Shown: positions 48,106-58,796, numbered from the stretch's first letter. The stretch is 64,000 nt of DNA from Promethearchaeati archaeon SRVP18_Atabeyarchaeia-1 (GCA_037308085.1 CP147779.1:832001-896000); one strand, 5' to 3'. Program-made: numbers and translations. The notes: generated from the sequence alone by a model not told the origin.

Positions 48106-49080
48106 TTGATCATGAGCCCAGATCTCGTGGATCGGTTACTGAACGGAGATCGGAGAGCCCTAGGAAAACTGATGACTCTGGTCGACGACGGGACTCTAGA
48201 AGGCAAGCAAGCAATAGTGAGACTATTCCCGAAGACAGGGCGCGCGCACATAATAGGCATAACTGGATCCCCTGGAGTGGGCAAGAGTTCCCTGATAAAT
48301 GGTTTAGTGAGGAAATTCAGGGAACAGAAGAAGACGGTCGGCATAGTGGCGGTAGATCCGTCAAGTCCATTTAGCGGAGGGGCACTGCTGGGCGACCGAA
48401 TCAGGATGCAGGATCATTTTACAGACGAAGGGGTATTCATACGTAGCTTGGGTTCAAGGGGATCGCTTGGGGGCTTATCCAAGTCGGTCAACAATATAGT
48501 CATGCTGCTCGATGCCTTTGGCAGAGATTTCATAATAGTTGAGACCGTCGGTGCTGGGCAAGTGGAGGTAGACATAGTCAAAGTCGCGCATACGGTCTTG
48601 GTGGTGATGTCCCCAGGGTATGGTGACATTATTCAGATGCTGAAGGCAGGAATAATCGAGATTGGCGACATATTTGTAATCAACAAATCGGATCTCGAAG
48701 GAGCTCACCGAGTTGTTGAAGGATTAATGTCTGTGCTGGAGTACAACCAGGATAAGAAAGGATGGAAACCCCCAATAATAGAGACAGTTGCAATCACCAA
48801 CCAGGGCATAGCTGAGCTAGACGACGCAGTTTTGAGACATATGGAATACCTCCAGCAAAGTGGTCTATTGAAGGAGAGAGAAAGCAGGAGAGTAGAGGAT
48901 GAGATCATAAAGCTGGTTAACGACCAAGTGTATGAGAAGATCGTGGAAGGTGGCTCAGAAGAGGACGACCTGAAGACAATCGTGTCAAAAGTCCTCTCAA
49001 AGCAATTGGATCCCTACTCCGCGGCTGAAAAGCTTGTCACGAAACTTGGGATGCTGCACCGAGAGCGCTCCCACAGATAG
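48106..49080 (+). CDS. meaB: MeaB/ArgK mutase-associated GTPase
   Basis: GSPGVGKS, VDPSSPFSGGALLGDRIRM, ETVGAGQ and NKSD. Confidence 0.96.
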   Translation: MIMSPDLVDRLLNGDRRALGKLMTLVDDGTLEGKQAIVRLFPKTGRAHIIGITGSPGVGKSSLINGLVRKFREQKKTVGIVAVDPSSPFSGGALLGDRIRMQDHFTDEGVFIRSLGSRGSLGGLSKSVNNIVMLLDAFGRDFIIVETVGAGQVEVDIVKVAHTVLVVMSPGYGDIIQMLKAGIIEIGDIFVINKSDLEGAHRVVEGLMSVLEYNQDKKGWKPPIIETVAITNQGIAELDDAVLRHMEYLQQSGLLKERESRRVEDEIIKLVNDQVYEKIVEGGSEEDDLKTIVSKVLSKQLDPYSAAEKLVTKLGMLHRERSHR

Positions 49081-49101
49081 ATAGGGAATTCTTCGGGCAG
49101 C

Positions 49102-49833
49102 CTACTCTTGTCGAAGCGCGTCAGAAATAATAGGCTCTTTGACGTCAATTAGTGTGATTCTGTGGGCGGCCGGAAGCGAAACATTATAGACAGGAACACC
49201 TTTCGCCACAGCGAATGGTATTCCCATGTGGGCGTGCGCGCACACAGCGAAGGTGACCCTGCCTACGGCGAGGATCCTTTCACATTTTTGAGAACCAATG
49301 TAGGGATAGAAGGTTCTTCTCTCTCCCTTTAGGACACGGTAGGTCGGCGGATAGTGTGTTAGAAGTATCCTGACATCGGCCACCAGCCTTCCTAGTATTC
49401 CTGACAACCTGCTGATCCTCTGACTGTATACCTCTTCTATGCCTGGAATGTTTTCGGCTTGCCACGGGGTAGGTAAATCCAACGAGCCTTGAGAGCCAAC
49501 GATTCCGACATTCAAGCTGCCCACCTGGAGTAAAGTGCTGGAGTCATCCAGAAACTTGATCCTGTTCCCCGCAACGATCTTCATCTGATCCCGAATTTCG
49601 GAATACTCCTCGTTGCCAAAGCAGCCTATTATGGGACAACAGATGCCATTATCCTCGAATACGGCCAAGACGCCGGCTAGGTTCTCAATGCCGCCCCTAA
49701 GGATCAGATCACCAGCGAGAAGAAAGAGGTCGATGGTGGAGGATTCAACAGATCTCATGGCTATCCTGAAATCGTCAAGGAACTTCGGCGAGTGTATGTC
49801 TCCAGTTGCCGCAATAGTAGCCAAGGTTTTCAT
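49102..49833 (-). CDS. Metallophosphoesterase
   Basis: GDIH, LAGD, FGNEE, THYPP and HAH. Confidence 0.9.
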   Translation of the reverse strand: MKTLATIAATGDIHSPKFLDDFRIAMRSVESSTIDLFLLAGDLILRGGIENLAGVLAVFEDNGICCPIIGCFGNEEYSEIRDQMKIVAGNRIKFLDDSSTLLQVGSLNVGIVGSQGSLDLPTPWQAENIPGIEEVYSQRISRLSGILGRLVADVRILLTHYPPTYRVLKGERRTFYPYIGSQKCERILAVGRVTFAVCAHAHMGIPFAVAKGVPVYNVSLPAAHRITLIDVKEPIISDALRQE

Positions 49834-50132
49834 TCCTCACGCGGGCAAAGGGCATTGTTGCCCTCGGTTTGAATAGATCAGTTAATAGGGGAAACGCCTT
49901 TCACTTTCTCTGCGAAGAAACCTCATAATCACCTCTTACTGTTGGTGATAGATGGGGCGCATCGCAAGTTGACGCAGAGATTTCTGGCGGCGTTTCGGTA
50001 TGAGATGCCAGATATTGTTCCAGTTTTAGATTCACTAGATGATTCTCACATAGGTATTTGAAGAATGTTAGATGGTGAAATGTTGTCCCGTTCATGCTCA
50101 GAGTCTGAGTGGATCTTTGTGAGGTGCCTTCT

Positions 50133-50687
50133 ATGAAAAACGTGGTAGAATTCATGGAGCTGATTTCCTCGTTGAAGGAGCTTCAGCGCACAGGCTGGAA
50201 ACAGCACGAGGTCACCGGGATCATTGATACGACCGCATCACACACCTTAGGCGTAGTCTTTCTTTGTTGGCTGTTCTCCAAGGTGGAACGGGTAGGCGCG
50301 GAGAAGATGCTGAAGATGGCCTTGGTGCATGACCTGGTGGAGAGTGTGACAGGAGATCTGACCCCGCATGAATCCAAGCGGATCGACAGAGACAAACTTG
50401 AAGAAAGTGGCTTGAACACGGTAGAAAAGAGCCTACCCTCTCAGCTTACAAAAGAGACCCGGAGCTTGATCGAGGAGTTCCGCACGGGGCTAAGCAAGGA
50501 GGCTAAGCTGGTTAGAGCCTGCGACAAGCTTGAGACTCTTTTTCAAGCCCATTTCTACAGAAAAGCGAATCGCCTAAGCGAAGCCAGCTTCAGAGAGTTC
50601 TTGAGATACGCGCAAAAGGCGTGTACGGAAGGGTTGGCTAAGAAACTCCTTGTCCATGTGAGAGACGCGGCAGAAGAGCAGATTTAG
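50133..50687 (+). CDS. HD-domain hydrolase (YfbR/HDDC2-like)
   Basis: LK.LQRTGW, ASHT, LVHDLVES.TGD and CDKLE. Confidence 0.9.
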   Translation: MKNVVEFMELISSLKELQRTGWKQHEVTGIIDTTASHTLGVVFLCWLFSKVERVGAEKMLKMALVHDLVESVTGDLTPHESKRIDRDKLEESGLNTVEKSLPSQLTKETRSLIEEFRTGLSKEAKLVRACDKLETLFQAHFYRKANRLSEASFREFLRYAQKACTEGLAKKLLVHVRDAAEEQI

Positions 50688-50888
50688 CGCGTGCAATGAG
50701 GCTGACTCCTCAAAGGGGGTCGCAGTCCGCCTAGTGCATCGTTGAAAGAGATAGAACTGGAGAACGGTTTTTGATGTTGACCGCTGGAAAGGAATATGGT
50801 GTCTATCCTCAGCTAACAAAAGAAGATAAAAGTTGTTTGACCCCAAGAGATTGGGTTCTATTCAGTGAATAGGAGCGGCTCCTTATCA

Positions 50889-51266
50889 CTAGAAGGCGTC
50901 GCGGATGCTGGCTGCGGCCCTTGCTACGTCTGCGTAGCCAACTTGTGGGTCGCCTTGTGCTGTAACGTAGGCTATGAGGACCCCCTTTTCTCCTACAGTA
51001 GACATGACTATGTGTCCTTTGCCGGCAACGTTCTTAGCTATCAGCCTTTCTTCAGTTGCCTGCAGAGTCGAGTACCTGACGCTTTGAACAGAGACTGATG
51101 GGGCCTTATTGCGCCAGGAATTGATGAGTTCAGCGCCGTCTACCTTCCAGTTCTGCGTAGCGTAAACCACTCTACCATTGGAATCTATAACCGCAATAGC
51201 TCCTATTGTGTTGTTTACTGAAACCAGGTCCTTAACAACATCATCTATTTGTCCGCCCAATGCCAA
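50889..51266 (-). CDS. Asgard-type profilin
   Basis: IAVIDSNG.VVYATQNW, SVQSVRYSTLQATEERLIAKNVAGKGHIV; resembles Loki/Odin profilins. Confidence 0.85.
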   Translation of the reverse strand: MALGGQIDDVVKDLVSVNNTIGAIAVIDSNGRVVYATQNWKVDGAELINSWRNKAPSVSVQSVRYSTLQATEERLIAKNVAGKGHIVMSTVGEKGVLIAYVTAQGDPQVGYADVARAAASIRDAF

Positions 51267-51474
51267 TTACCCCCAAATTGTGACTATCTGTTACAGGGTT
51301 TTTAATCTTTGGAGCTTCAGGCTGTCTCATTATCATGCCATAACAGTTTCTGTCTCTTCCGATGTGTATCTAGCATTACAGTTGGAACTATTAATATTCC
51401 TTTCTAGAACGTTGCGACTCTCCCAAAGAATATACTAGATCGATGCATCTGTCGCTAGCAAAAGCCTCTGAAGC

Positions 51475-53244
51475 TCATTCTTCCTTCACGGTCTTCAGCT
51501 GTTTCCTATACATATCAACGATTTCTTGGGATGTCGTTGCTTCCTCAGGTCCCTTGTCTTCCCGCCATTTCCCCGTGAACCTTGGGAACCTAACAGCGAG
51601 TCCGCTCCCCTTCCTGATCATGTTCATGGCACAGGTGTGAATAGGGCTCAACGTGATCTCGTCCCCAATGATCTCAATAACTCTTCCTGGAGAAAACCAG
51701 ACATCAGCTTCGAGTATCGCATCTACCCTGCCGTGCCTATGGAGTATCTTAAGCTCCTCCATCACCTTAGGTATTCTTGACAGTGCTTCATCCGTAAAAC
51801 CTGTTCCAACCTTGCATACCGTCTTGAAGGAGTCAGCTTCCTCATCATATACTGCAACGAGTATAGCCCCGTAGGTCCCCGCTCTCTTTCCTCTGCCTCG
51901 AAATGCGCCAACGATGACGACTTCAATCGGCTCCACCATTTTAGATTGATAAGAGCGCTTCAGCTTAATCCAGTTCCAGCCACGGGCACCAGCTTGATAG
52001 AAACTGTTCTCAGAAACAGACTTCAGAACCAGCCCTTCACAGCCGGCTTCGATTGCTTCCTCGAAGAAAACCTCGATCTTATTCACATCATCACTTACAA
52101 GCGCCTCAGCCAACTTGACCCTGTCACTCTGGTCTATGATCTTCTCTAGAATCTTCCTTCTTTCAGAGTAGGGTGCCGTAGTTGTGTCTTTTCCATCAAC
52201 ATAGAGAACATCAAAAGAATACAGCCCCACCGGGTACTTGTCAATTGCTTCTTTAACACCGTATTTCCTCCGCCGATGCATCAATTCTTGGAATGGCTTG
52301 AACTCTCCTGCGTCCAAGTCGAGAGCCACACACTCACCTTCAAGAATTGCATCCTTCGCCTTCACATACTTCTTCGCCAGCTCACAGACGTCAGGATACT
52401 GATCTCCAATATCCTCCAACCTCCGCGAGAAGAGTCTGACTTCCTCGCCTTTCTTGTGAACTTGTATTCTTTCCCCGTCGTACTTGTATTCACATGCCGC
52501 TCTGCCGCCAAGTTTCTCAAGTATCTCTTTTGCCGAGGTAAGCCGCTGAGCGAGCATCGGTCTTATCGGACTACCCACCCTTACTCGGAACTTCTTGATC
52601 GCCGCGATCCCCTGAGTCGCAAGGGTCTTCGCAACAAGCCCTATGTCAGAACTGAGGTTATAGGCAGTTTCAATGTAAGTCCTATTAGATTTACTTTCCG
52701 TAAACGCGACAGCAAGCGCGTCCAACAGCGTCATGTCAGCTATACCAAGCCTCAGAGTCCCAGTCGCCATCCTTATTATGTACTTGGCCTCACCAGGGGA
52801 AGCTCCCGTCAGTAGACCTGACAAGAGCTTGTTCTTTATCTCCTGCGACTTGGTGCCCGAAGTCTTTGCAATCTTGTCCAAAGTGTCGTAAACATGGTCG
52901 ACCGTTAGCTCCGTTGCCCTGCCAAGAGGTGCCTGCGTTCTCTGCTTCGCGAGTGCCTCCACAGTCAATCCGAGGTCTCCCGTCTCCTTCAGCTTCTCCT
53001 CAATAAGACTTGCAGATTCCCCAAAAGCGGTTGCGATCGCCTTGATGGCCGTTTTCTCAGCTATCCCAATCTCAATAGGTACGAATAATGGGTACAGGCG
53101 ACCAAGCGTCAGGTAGGCTACTCTATCGATGATGTCCTTTGGAGTCTGTTTTATTAGATGCACCAAATAATCCGTTATCTCGAGCCTCTTCGTTGTACTC
53201 TCAATTCTATTATACGCTTCAACAATCTCAGAGTAAAGCAGCAT
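51475..53244 (-). CDS. lig: ATP-dependent DNA ligase
   Basis: EYKYDGER, EGLVLK, WIKLK, KVGTGFTD and RFPRF. Confidence 0.97.
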   Translation of the reverse strand: MLLYSEIVEAYNRIESTTKRLEITDYLVHLIKQTPKDIIDRVAYLTLGRLYPLFVPIEIGIAEKTAIKAIATAFGESASLIEEKLKETGDLGLTVEALAKQRTQAPLGRATELTVDHVYDTLDKIAKTSGTKSQEIKNKLLSGLLTGASPGEAKYIIRMATGTLRLGIADMTLLDALAVAFTESKSNRTYIETAYNLSSDIGLVAKTLATQGIAAIKKFRVRVGSPIRPMLAQRLTSAKEILEKLGGRAACEYKYDGERIQVHKKGEEVRLFSRRLEDIGDQYPDVCELAKKYVKAKDAILEGECVALDLDAGEFKPFQELMHRRRKYGVKEAIDKYPVGLYSFDVLYVDGKDTTTAPYSERRKILEKIIDQSDRVKLAEALVSDDVNKIEVFFEEAIEAGCEGLVLKSVSENSFYQAGARGWNWIKLKRSYQSKMVEPIEVVIVGAFRGRGKRAGTYGAILVAVYDEEADSFKTVCKVGTGFTDEALSRIPKVMEELKILHRHGRVDAILEADVWFSPGRVIEIIGDEITLSPIHTCAMNMIRKGSGLAVRFPRFTGKWREDKGPEEATTSQEIVDMYRKQLKTVKEE

Positions 53245-53453
53245 GATCCTATCCTCCTAGAAACAGACGGCAGGAACTTGGATTCTAAGGATCGTGATTC
53301 CTTGGGTGAATTCTTCAATTGCCAAGAGGGAATTCTTGGCAGTATCAACTCTCTCCACATTAACATAAAAATGTTGCCGAAAACAACTTTTATATAAACC
53401 ACGTCTCATTACATACCAGAAGAGGACCACAAATCTTACTATACTTTACTCTC

Positions 53454-54077
53454 TTGCCTCTGTTGAATCATGTTTCACTCACGGAGAGTGCGAACCAAGT
53501 AATGACGACAACCATAGGGATCGTTTACGACGGCGGGGTGGCGCTGGGCTCCGAAAGTCGCGCCACAGAAGGCTACTTTATTGCGAGCAAGGAAGCCCCC
53601 AAGATATACAAGATAAACGACAAGATTGGCATGACGATCTCAGGGGGAGTAGCTGACTGCCAGCAGATGGTGAAAAACATTCGGGCACTCACAAATATTA
53701 GAAGAATGGAGACGGGACGAGGTGTCACCGTGAAATCAGTCGCACAGCTCACATCGGTTATACTTTTCCAGAACAGACTCACCCCGTATATTTCTGAGAT
53801 GATTGTAGGCGGAGTTGATGACACTGGTCCCCATCTCTACATACTCGATCCTCTTGGCTCGCTTATCCCGGAAGAACACTACACCGCAACAGGCTCAGGG
53901 TCGGTCGTAGCCCTCGGAGTACTGGAGAGCCAATACAAAGATGGAATGAGCTTGGACTCGGTCATAAAACTCATCACAACGGCAATCACTGCCTCAAGGG
54001 CAAGAGACATCGCGTCAGGCGGTCCATTGCAGATCATAGCGATAACAAAAAGTGACGGCTACAAGAAGATCCAGTGA
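53454..54077 (+). CDS. psmB: 20S proteasome beta subunit
   Basis: TTTIG, E17, K33, ATGSG and RDIASG; ATG at 53502 directly precedes Thr1. Confidence 0.95.
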   Translation: MPLLNHVSLTESANQVMTTTIGIVYDGGVALGSESRATEGYFIASKEAPKIYKINDKIGMTISGGVADCQQMVKNIRALTNIRRMETGRGVTVKSVAQLTSVILFQNRLTPYISEMIVGGVDDTGPHLYILDPLGSLIPEEHYTATGSGSVVALGVLESQYKDGMSLDSVIKLITTAITASRARDIASGGPLQIIAITKSDGYKKIQ

Positions 54078-54143
54078 GACAACATTGCCGCCAGCCCGCT
54101 CTTCATCCGTGAACTATGAGAAATCAGGAAGCATAGTCTAGTC

Positions 54144-54581
54144 ATGCACCTGTTCTCCCGATTAGGAGAGGATATCAAATTGAGCTCCGAAATCATAGGC
54201 AGGGACTCGGCCAAGGGAAGATTGATCCGAGAGTACATCGAAAAGGATCCTCTCAGATACGAGCTCTTCAAGGCCCTGTCAGACGGAAGGTGGCACTCGA
54301 CGCTGGAGTTGTGGAGGACGGTAAGGCGCGTCAAGAAGTTTGGACAACTCGTTGGCCTCGTAAGAGTCGGGAAAATACTAGCGCAATTCCAGAGTGTAGC
54401 AGGAGAGGACATCCTGGAGAGAAGGGAGGGCTTAGACATAAGCGAATGGAGAGTCAGTTCTCTTTTTCAGTCGATAGTGAGTGACATAATCCAGTCCATG
54501 TCACAACTGGACGAGGAGAAGAAAGTCGAGACTACGGACGAACAGCCGGAAGACGAGGAACAGAGGCGAGAGGAAACCTAG
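54144..54581 (+). CDS. Hypothetical wHTH-like protein with acidic tail
   Basis: LFKALSDGRWHSTLEL wHTH-like segment. Confidence 0.6.
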   Translation: MHLFSRLGEDIKLSSEIIGRDSAKGRLIREYIEKDPLRYELFKALSDGRWHSTLELWRTVRRVKKFGQLVGLVRVGKILAQFQSVAGEDILERREGLDISEWRVSSLFQSIVSDIIQSMSQLDEEKKVETTDEQPEDEEQRREET

Positions 54582-54602
54582 TGAGTCACGCGAATAATGA
54601 AC

Positions 54603-55232
54603 TTACCATATTCCGTAGTTCTCAAGCACACCCGTGGGGCGAACTGCAAGCCAAGGTATTGACGCATCCCAGATGCTTTGCTCAGTGTTGATGAGCGCTG
54701 CGGTTATGATTATCGCCGTCCACCCAGTTATGCCGTCAAGGGAAATATAGCTAACACTAGGTGCGAAAATTGTCAGGAAAATAGCTATGTTGAATCCTAT
54801 CATTACGATGTCCCGAACTAGTACGGCAAGAGCCATGGAGACAGCATAAGTCCTTGGTCTGGTAAGTTGGATCGATAACCCTTGCTTTCCGGGTCTTGCT
54901 CCCCGGCGTGAGAACTTAAGGAACAAAGTGGGAATTACTATCATCGGGGCTGTCGCAGCAAACTTCATAAGAGGTCCCCAAGGCGTGAAGGGATCCACTG
55001 GGAGAAGAGCAATTGTACCAACCACTGCAGCTATTAACCCGCTTCGCATTCCAAACATGAGAAAGCAAGTGACCCAGAATATGCTGACAGGGTCTATCAG
55101 AGCTATTCCCCATCCTGGAACCCTGGGCAAATATGGCGCTGAAATCACAGCTATGACCGCCGATGCGGCGCCGAATATGGCGGCCCCAGTCACTTCAATT
55201 GTCCTTGTTCCGAGAGCTCCTTTCCCACTCAA
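54603..55232 (-). CDS. ECF-transporter S-component-like membrane protein
   Basis: Six hydrophobic segments, AIFGA...IDPV and GPLMKF.AT. Confidence 0.7.
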   Translation of the reverse strand: MSGKGALGTRTIEVTGAAIFGAASAVIAVISAPYLPRVPGWGIALIDPVSIFWVTCFLMFGMRSGLIAAVVGTIALLPVDPFTPWGPLMKFAATAPMIVIPTLFLKFSRRGARPGKQGLSIQLTRPRTYAVSMALAVLVRDIVMIGFNIAIFLTIFAPSVSYISLDGITGWTAIIITAALINTEQSIWDASIPWLAVRPTGVLENYGIW

Positions 55233-55411
55233 AGTGAGTACACCTTTGTTTGATTCGTACGCTCTGACGCTTAAGGATTAGGATATGTTGTCAGATAGTA
55301 CATATATAAGATTTTAGTATATACTCGATCATGAGTAACATAATGTTCACAACCATAAACACAGATATATTACCGAGATTGATTGAAACTTACCCAGAAG
55401 TCTGAGGGTGG

Positions 55412-56344
55412 ATGATAACGCTTAGCGATCCATTTGGAAGGGGAATCTCCAACATACGGATCTCTCTAACCGAGCGCTGCAATTTGAATTGTAGCTACTG
55501 CCACAAAGAGGGGCATTCCAGCAAATCTGGTCGCGAGCTCTCCCCAAGCGAAGTCGAGAGACTAATGCGGGTAGCCACTTCACTCGGCATAAACCGCGTC
55601 AAACTTACAGGTGGAGAGCCCACCCTTCGTGGTGATCTTGTCGAGATAATAGGTCGGATCGCTTTGATTCCAGGTATTGGCGAGATCTCCATGACCACCA
55701 ACGGCACCCTTCTCGAGAATCTTGCAACGGAACTAAAGAGAGTTGGCCTGGGAAGGGTGAATGTGACAATAGACTCGCTGAAACCAGAAGTCTACTCGAG
55801 AATAACCGGACATGATTCGCTTGATGATGCCATTCGAGGATTAGAAGCCGCGGTTACGGCAAAGCTGACTCCGGCAAAGATCAATACTGTCGTTCTCAAA
55901 TCCGTTAATGAGTCAGAGGTGCAAGATCTGATCAGCTTCTCGTCGAAGATGGGTGTAATTCTGCAACTAATCGAACTGGTATCTAAGAACGATCATACTG
56001 GCTTCTATCGCAAATATCACTATGACCTAGGTCCCATAGAGGATTCACTAAGAAGAGAATCCGTGAAGGCAATCGACAGGGTGATGAACAAGAGAAGAAA
56101 GTATATTCTTCCCAACGGATCTGAAGTAGAAATTGTGAAACCGATGCATAACACCGAGTTCTGCTCCAATTGCCACCGAATCAGGTTAACGAGTGACGGA
56201 CAGCTGAAGCCATGCCTAATGCGGGATGAAAACCTCGTCGACGTAATATCCCCTCTGCGACGCGGAGCCACAGATTCACAATTGGCTGCGCTTATCAGAG
56301 AAGCAGTTCAAAGACGCGAGCCCTACTACAGAGCCACTCTTTAG
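55412..56344 (+). CDS. moaA: GTP 3',8-cyclase
   Basis: RISLTERCNLNCSYC, TGGEP, MTTNG and FCSNCHRIRLT.DG.LKPCL. Confidence 0.96.
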   Translation: MITLSDPFGRGISNIRISLTERCNLNCSYCHKEGHSSKSGRELSPSEVERLMRVATSLGINRVKLTGGEPTLRGDLVEIIGRIALIPGIGEISMTTNGTLLENLATELKRVGLGRVNVTIDSLKPEVYSRITGHDSLDDAIRGLEAAVTAKLTPAKINTVVLKSVNESEVQDLISFSSKMGVILQLIELVSKNDHTGFYRKYHYDLGPIEDSLRRESVKAIDRVMNKRRKYILPNGSEVEIVKPMHNTEFCSNCHRIRLTSDGQLKPCLMRDENLVDVISPLRRGATDSQLAALIREAVQRREPYYRATL

Positions 56345-56469
56345 CTTTACACTAGTTTCTTGGCTTCAAAGTCTCGACTTCGTAACTCCAAAGTTTTAAA
56401 AGGATACGGCGATACTTCTTCCTACACAAAACTGTCGATGCAGAGCACTGATTCGGAGGAATGATTTCT

Positions 56470-56661
56470 ATGCCACGTAGAGGTGGCGGTGCTTTCAGTA
56501 GCAGGAAGAAGAGTCTCATACTCCTATCACGTGAGGACGTCCTTGGCAAGTATAGGATTATTGTGGCCACTTGCCCCGATAAGCGTGGAGCATCTTGCAT
56601 GATAACTTATGGATCCTGCAAAGCCATCAACTGCCCGAAAGTCTTCAAGGTTCCACCATGA
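56470..56661 (+). CDS. Possible small basic Cys-rich protein
   Basis: GGAGG upstream; CP-x6-C-x6-C-x4-CP; co-oriented between moaA and GGGP synthase. Confidence 0.45.
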   Translation: MPRRGGGAFSSRKKSLILLSREDVLGKYRIIVATCPDKRGASCMITYGSCKAINCPKVFKVPP

Positions 56662-56692
56662 TTAGGACAACTTTTTTTGACTTAAGGTTCTC

Positions 56693-57505
56693 GTGAAACT
56701 AGACAAGAGAGAAACGGCTGGTATTCAAATGCCAGGAGAGCGCATCTGGAAATACATTACCGACGCCTTAAGCAAAGATCACGTGCTGCATCTTTCCCTC
56801 ATAGACCCGGACCCATTAACGGTGACGGCTGAGCAAGCTGGGAAGATGGCAGAGCTCGCTGCAGAAGCTGGCACTGATGGAATAATGGTCGGGGGATCAA
56901 CGGCGTTTGGCATACTTGATGAAACTGTGAAAGAAATTAAGTCAAGGGTGGACGTACCCGTAATACTTTTCCCCGGGAACGTAAACGGGCTGACAAAGTA
57001 CGCTGACGCAGTCTTCTTCATGAACCTTCTCAATTCACGTAACACCTACTGGATGATGGAAGCAGCGATGCTCTCAGCCCCCGCAGTAAGAATGCTGGGG
57101 CTCGAAACTATCTCGATGGCTTACCTTGTCGTTGAACCTGGGGGTACGGCAGGATGGGTTGGAGAGGCCCGTCTTATACCCAGGGACAAACCCAAGATAG
57201 CTGCTGCCTATGCTCTGGAGGCCGAGATGGTAGGATACAAGCTGGTATACCTAGAGGCTGGCAGTGGCGCTAGCGCCTCAGTCCCGCCAGAAATGGTCAA
57301 GCTAGTTTCGGGCATTATAGAGTTGCCTCTCGTTGTCGGTGGAGGCATTGTCACGACCGAGCAGGCAGTGGCATTAGCGAAGGCTGGCGCCAAGATCATA
57401 GTGCAAGGCAACATAATAGAGAAGACCGTGATTAAGGACAAGGGCAACCTGCTCAAGGAGACCATAACGCGGATTAAGGAAGAAGGTAAGAAGAAAGGGC
57501 ACTAG
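56693..57505 (+). CDS. Geranylgeranylglyceryl phosphate synthase
   Basis: LIDPD, MVGGS, LFPGN, LLNS, YLEAGSGA and VGGGI. Confidence 0.95.
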   Translation: MKLDKRETAGIQMPGERIWKYITDALSKDHVLHLSLIDPDPLTVTAEQAGKMAELAAEAGTDGIMVGGSTAFGILDETVKEIKSRVDVPVILFPGNVNGLTKYADAVFFMNLLNSRNTYWMMEAAMLSAPAVRMLGLETISMAYLVVEPGGTAGWVGEARLIPRDKPKIAAAYALEAEMVGYKLVYLEAGSGASASVPPEMVKLVSGIIELPLVVGGGIVTTEQAVALAKAGAKIIVQGNIIEKTVIKDKGNLLKETITRIKEEGKKKGH

Positions 57506-57530
57506 CGGGCAACTTGTTGTGGACCAGATT

Positions 57531-58328
57531 CTAGCTTATGTAGTCGGTCTCCGCACCAGATCTCTTCTGAGCCTTTACGCCGTAGGCTTCCAGCAATTTC
57601 TCAATGGCCGACGACAGCTTTGAAGAATCTACTTCGAGTTTGAAGGATGCATTCAGGAGGTCTATCAGTGCTTTTGATGCGCTTGGGTCGCTGGGTAGCG
57701 CTTGGCAAGCTTCTGCCAGCAATATGCAGCCAGGTGTTTTGCAGAGCCTATCCGTCAAAGATGGTGTAACCCCGTTCATGCCAAATATTGTTCCTTCGGT
57801 TAGTACGTGGGCCCCATGGCTAACAAAGAAATTTAATAGTCGCTTCGTTGTGGCGGCAGCGTAAACCTTTGGATTCACGTTGATCATGGCGACTGGCGAA
57901 GCGGCAAGAGAGACAAGTGCCTTAACGCCAAGATTCTTCAAGCGCTCCACAAGAAAAAGAGAGAACGTGTTTATTCCGTCGCCATTCGTAGGTTGCCCAT
58001 CCCCGGTGACGAAAATGAAGTCTCTTGTTTTTCCATTCCAAATGTAGGCGCAAGTCTTCAGCGCAGTCATGTAGCCGAGCTCATCAACCTTCACATGAGG
58101 AAGAAGATCATAGAAATAGAACTCGTACATCTTCTTCGGCTTCAGTTCCTCCAGTATGTAGTCAAGCGCCGCCTTTCCACACATCGCGACGCCTGGCATA
58201 CCCTGGATGCAGATGGGCTTCCTTAGGTCAGATGAATTGCGGACGGCGCCTTCCCCTTCCACGGTTACGACCTTGAAGCCCGTAGAGTAGTCCTCGGCTT
58301 CCATTACAATTCTAACCTCATCAAACAC
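57531..58328 (-). CDS. PAC2-family proteasome assembly chaperone
   Basis: QGMPGVAMCGK, FVTGDGQP, GTIFGMNG and DPSASKA motifs. Confidence 0.85.
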   Translation of the reverse strand: MFDEVRIVMEAEDYSTGFKVVTVEGEGAVRNSSDLRKPICIQGMPGVAMCGKAALDYILEELKPKKMYEFYFYDLLPHVKVDELGYMTALKTCAYIWNGKTRDFIFVTGDGQPTNGDGINTFSLFLVERLKNLGVKALVSLAASPVAMINVNPKVYAAATTKRLLNFFVSHGAHVLTEGTIFGMNGVTPSLTDRLCKTPGCILLAEACQALPSDPSASKALIDLLNASFKLEVDSSKLSSAIEKLLEAYGVKAQKRSGAETDYIS

Positions 58329-58796
58329 GCATTCAATATGACTAGCACAGTAACGCTTTTCTTATTTTCGATCTCTCTCCCCCCCAATGCTGTCTTAATA
58401 AATGAATTAAATGAGAGAGTCTATTGATTGACTGACGAACCTAGAATCTTCATTGCGATAGGTCGTGTTGATGTCTCTATTAATATGTCACGAAGGACCG
58501 TCGGTCACTCGTACCTAGCAAGCGGGGCACTTTGGTAGGCTGGCAATGTCTTTCTCGTACGGATCCTCTGGCTCCGGATATGTTATTTCCAAGTTAAGTT
58601 GTAGGCTACGTTCCTTGGAAGCTGAAGAGATTCCAGCTAAGGTTTTGTCCTCAACTTCAGCTTGCGTTAACCCGCTTAACAACTGGCATTAATTCCAACC
58701 CCTCCTGTAAAAGAGCGGTCTGAGTGACAGATTAGTCACTTGAACGAAAATAGGTGGTCACATTAGTGGTCTCTTTAAAGGGACTCAAACAACGAT

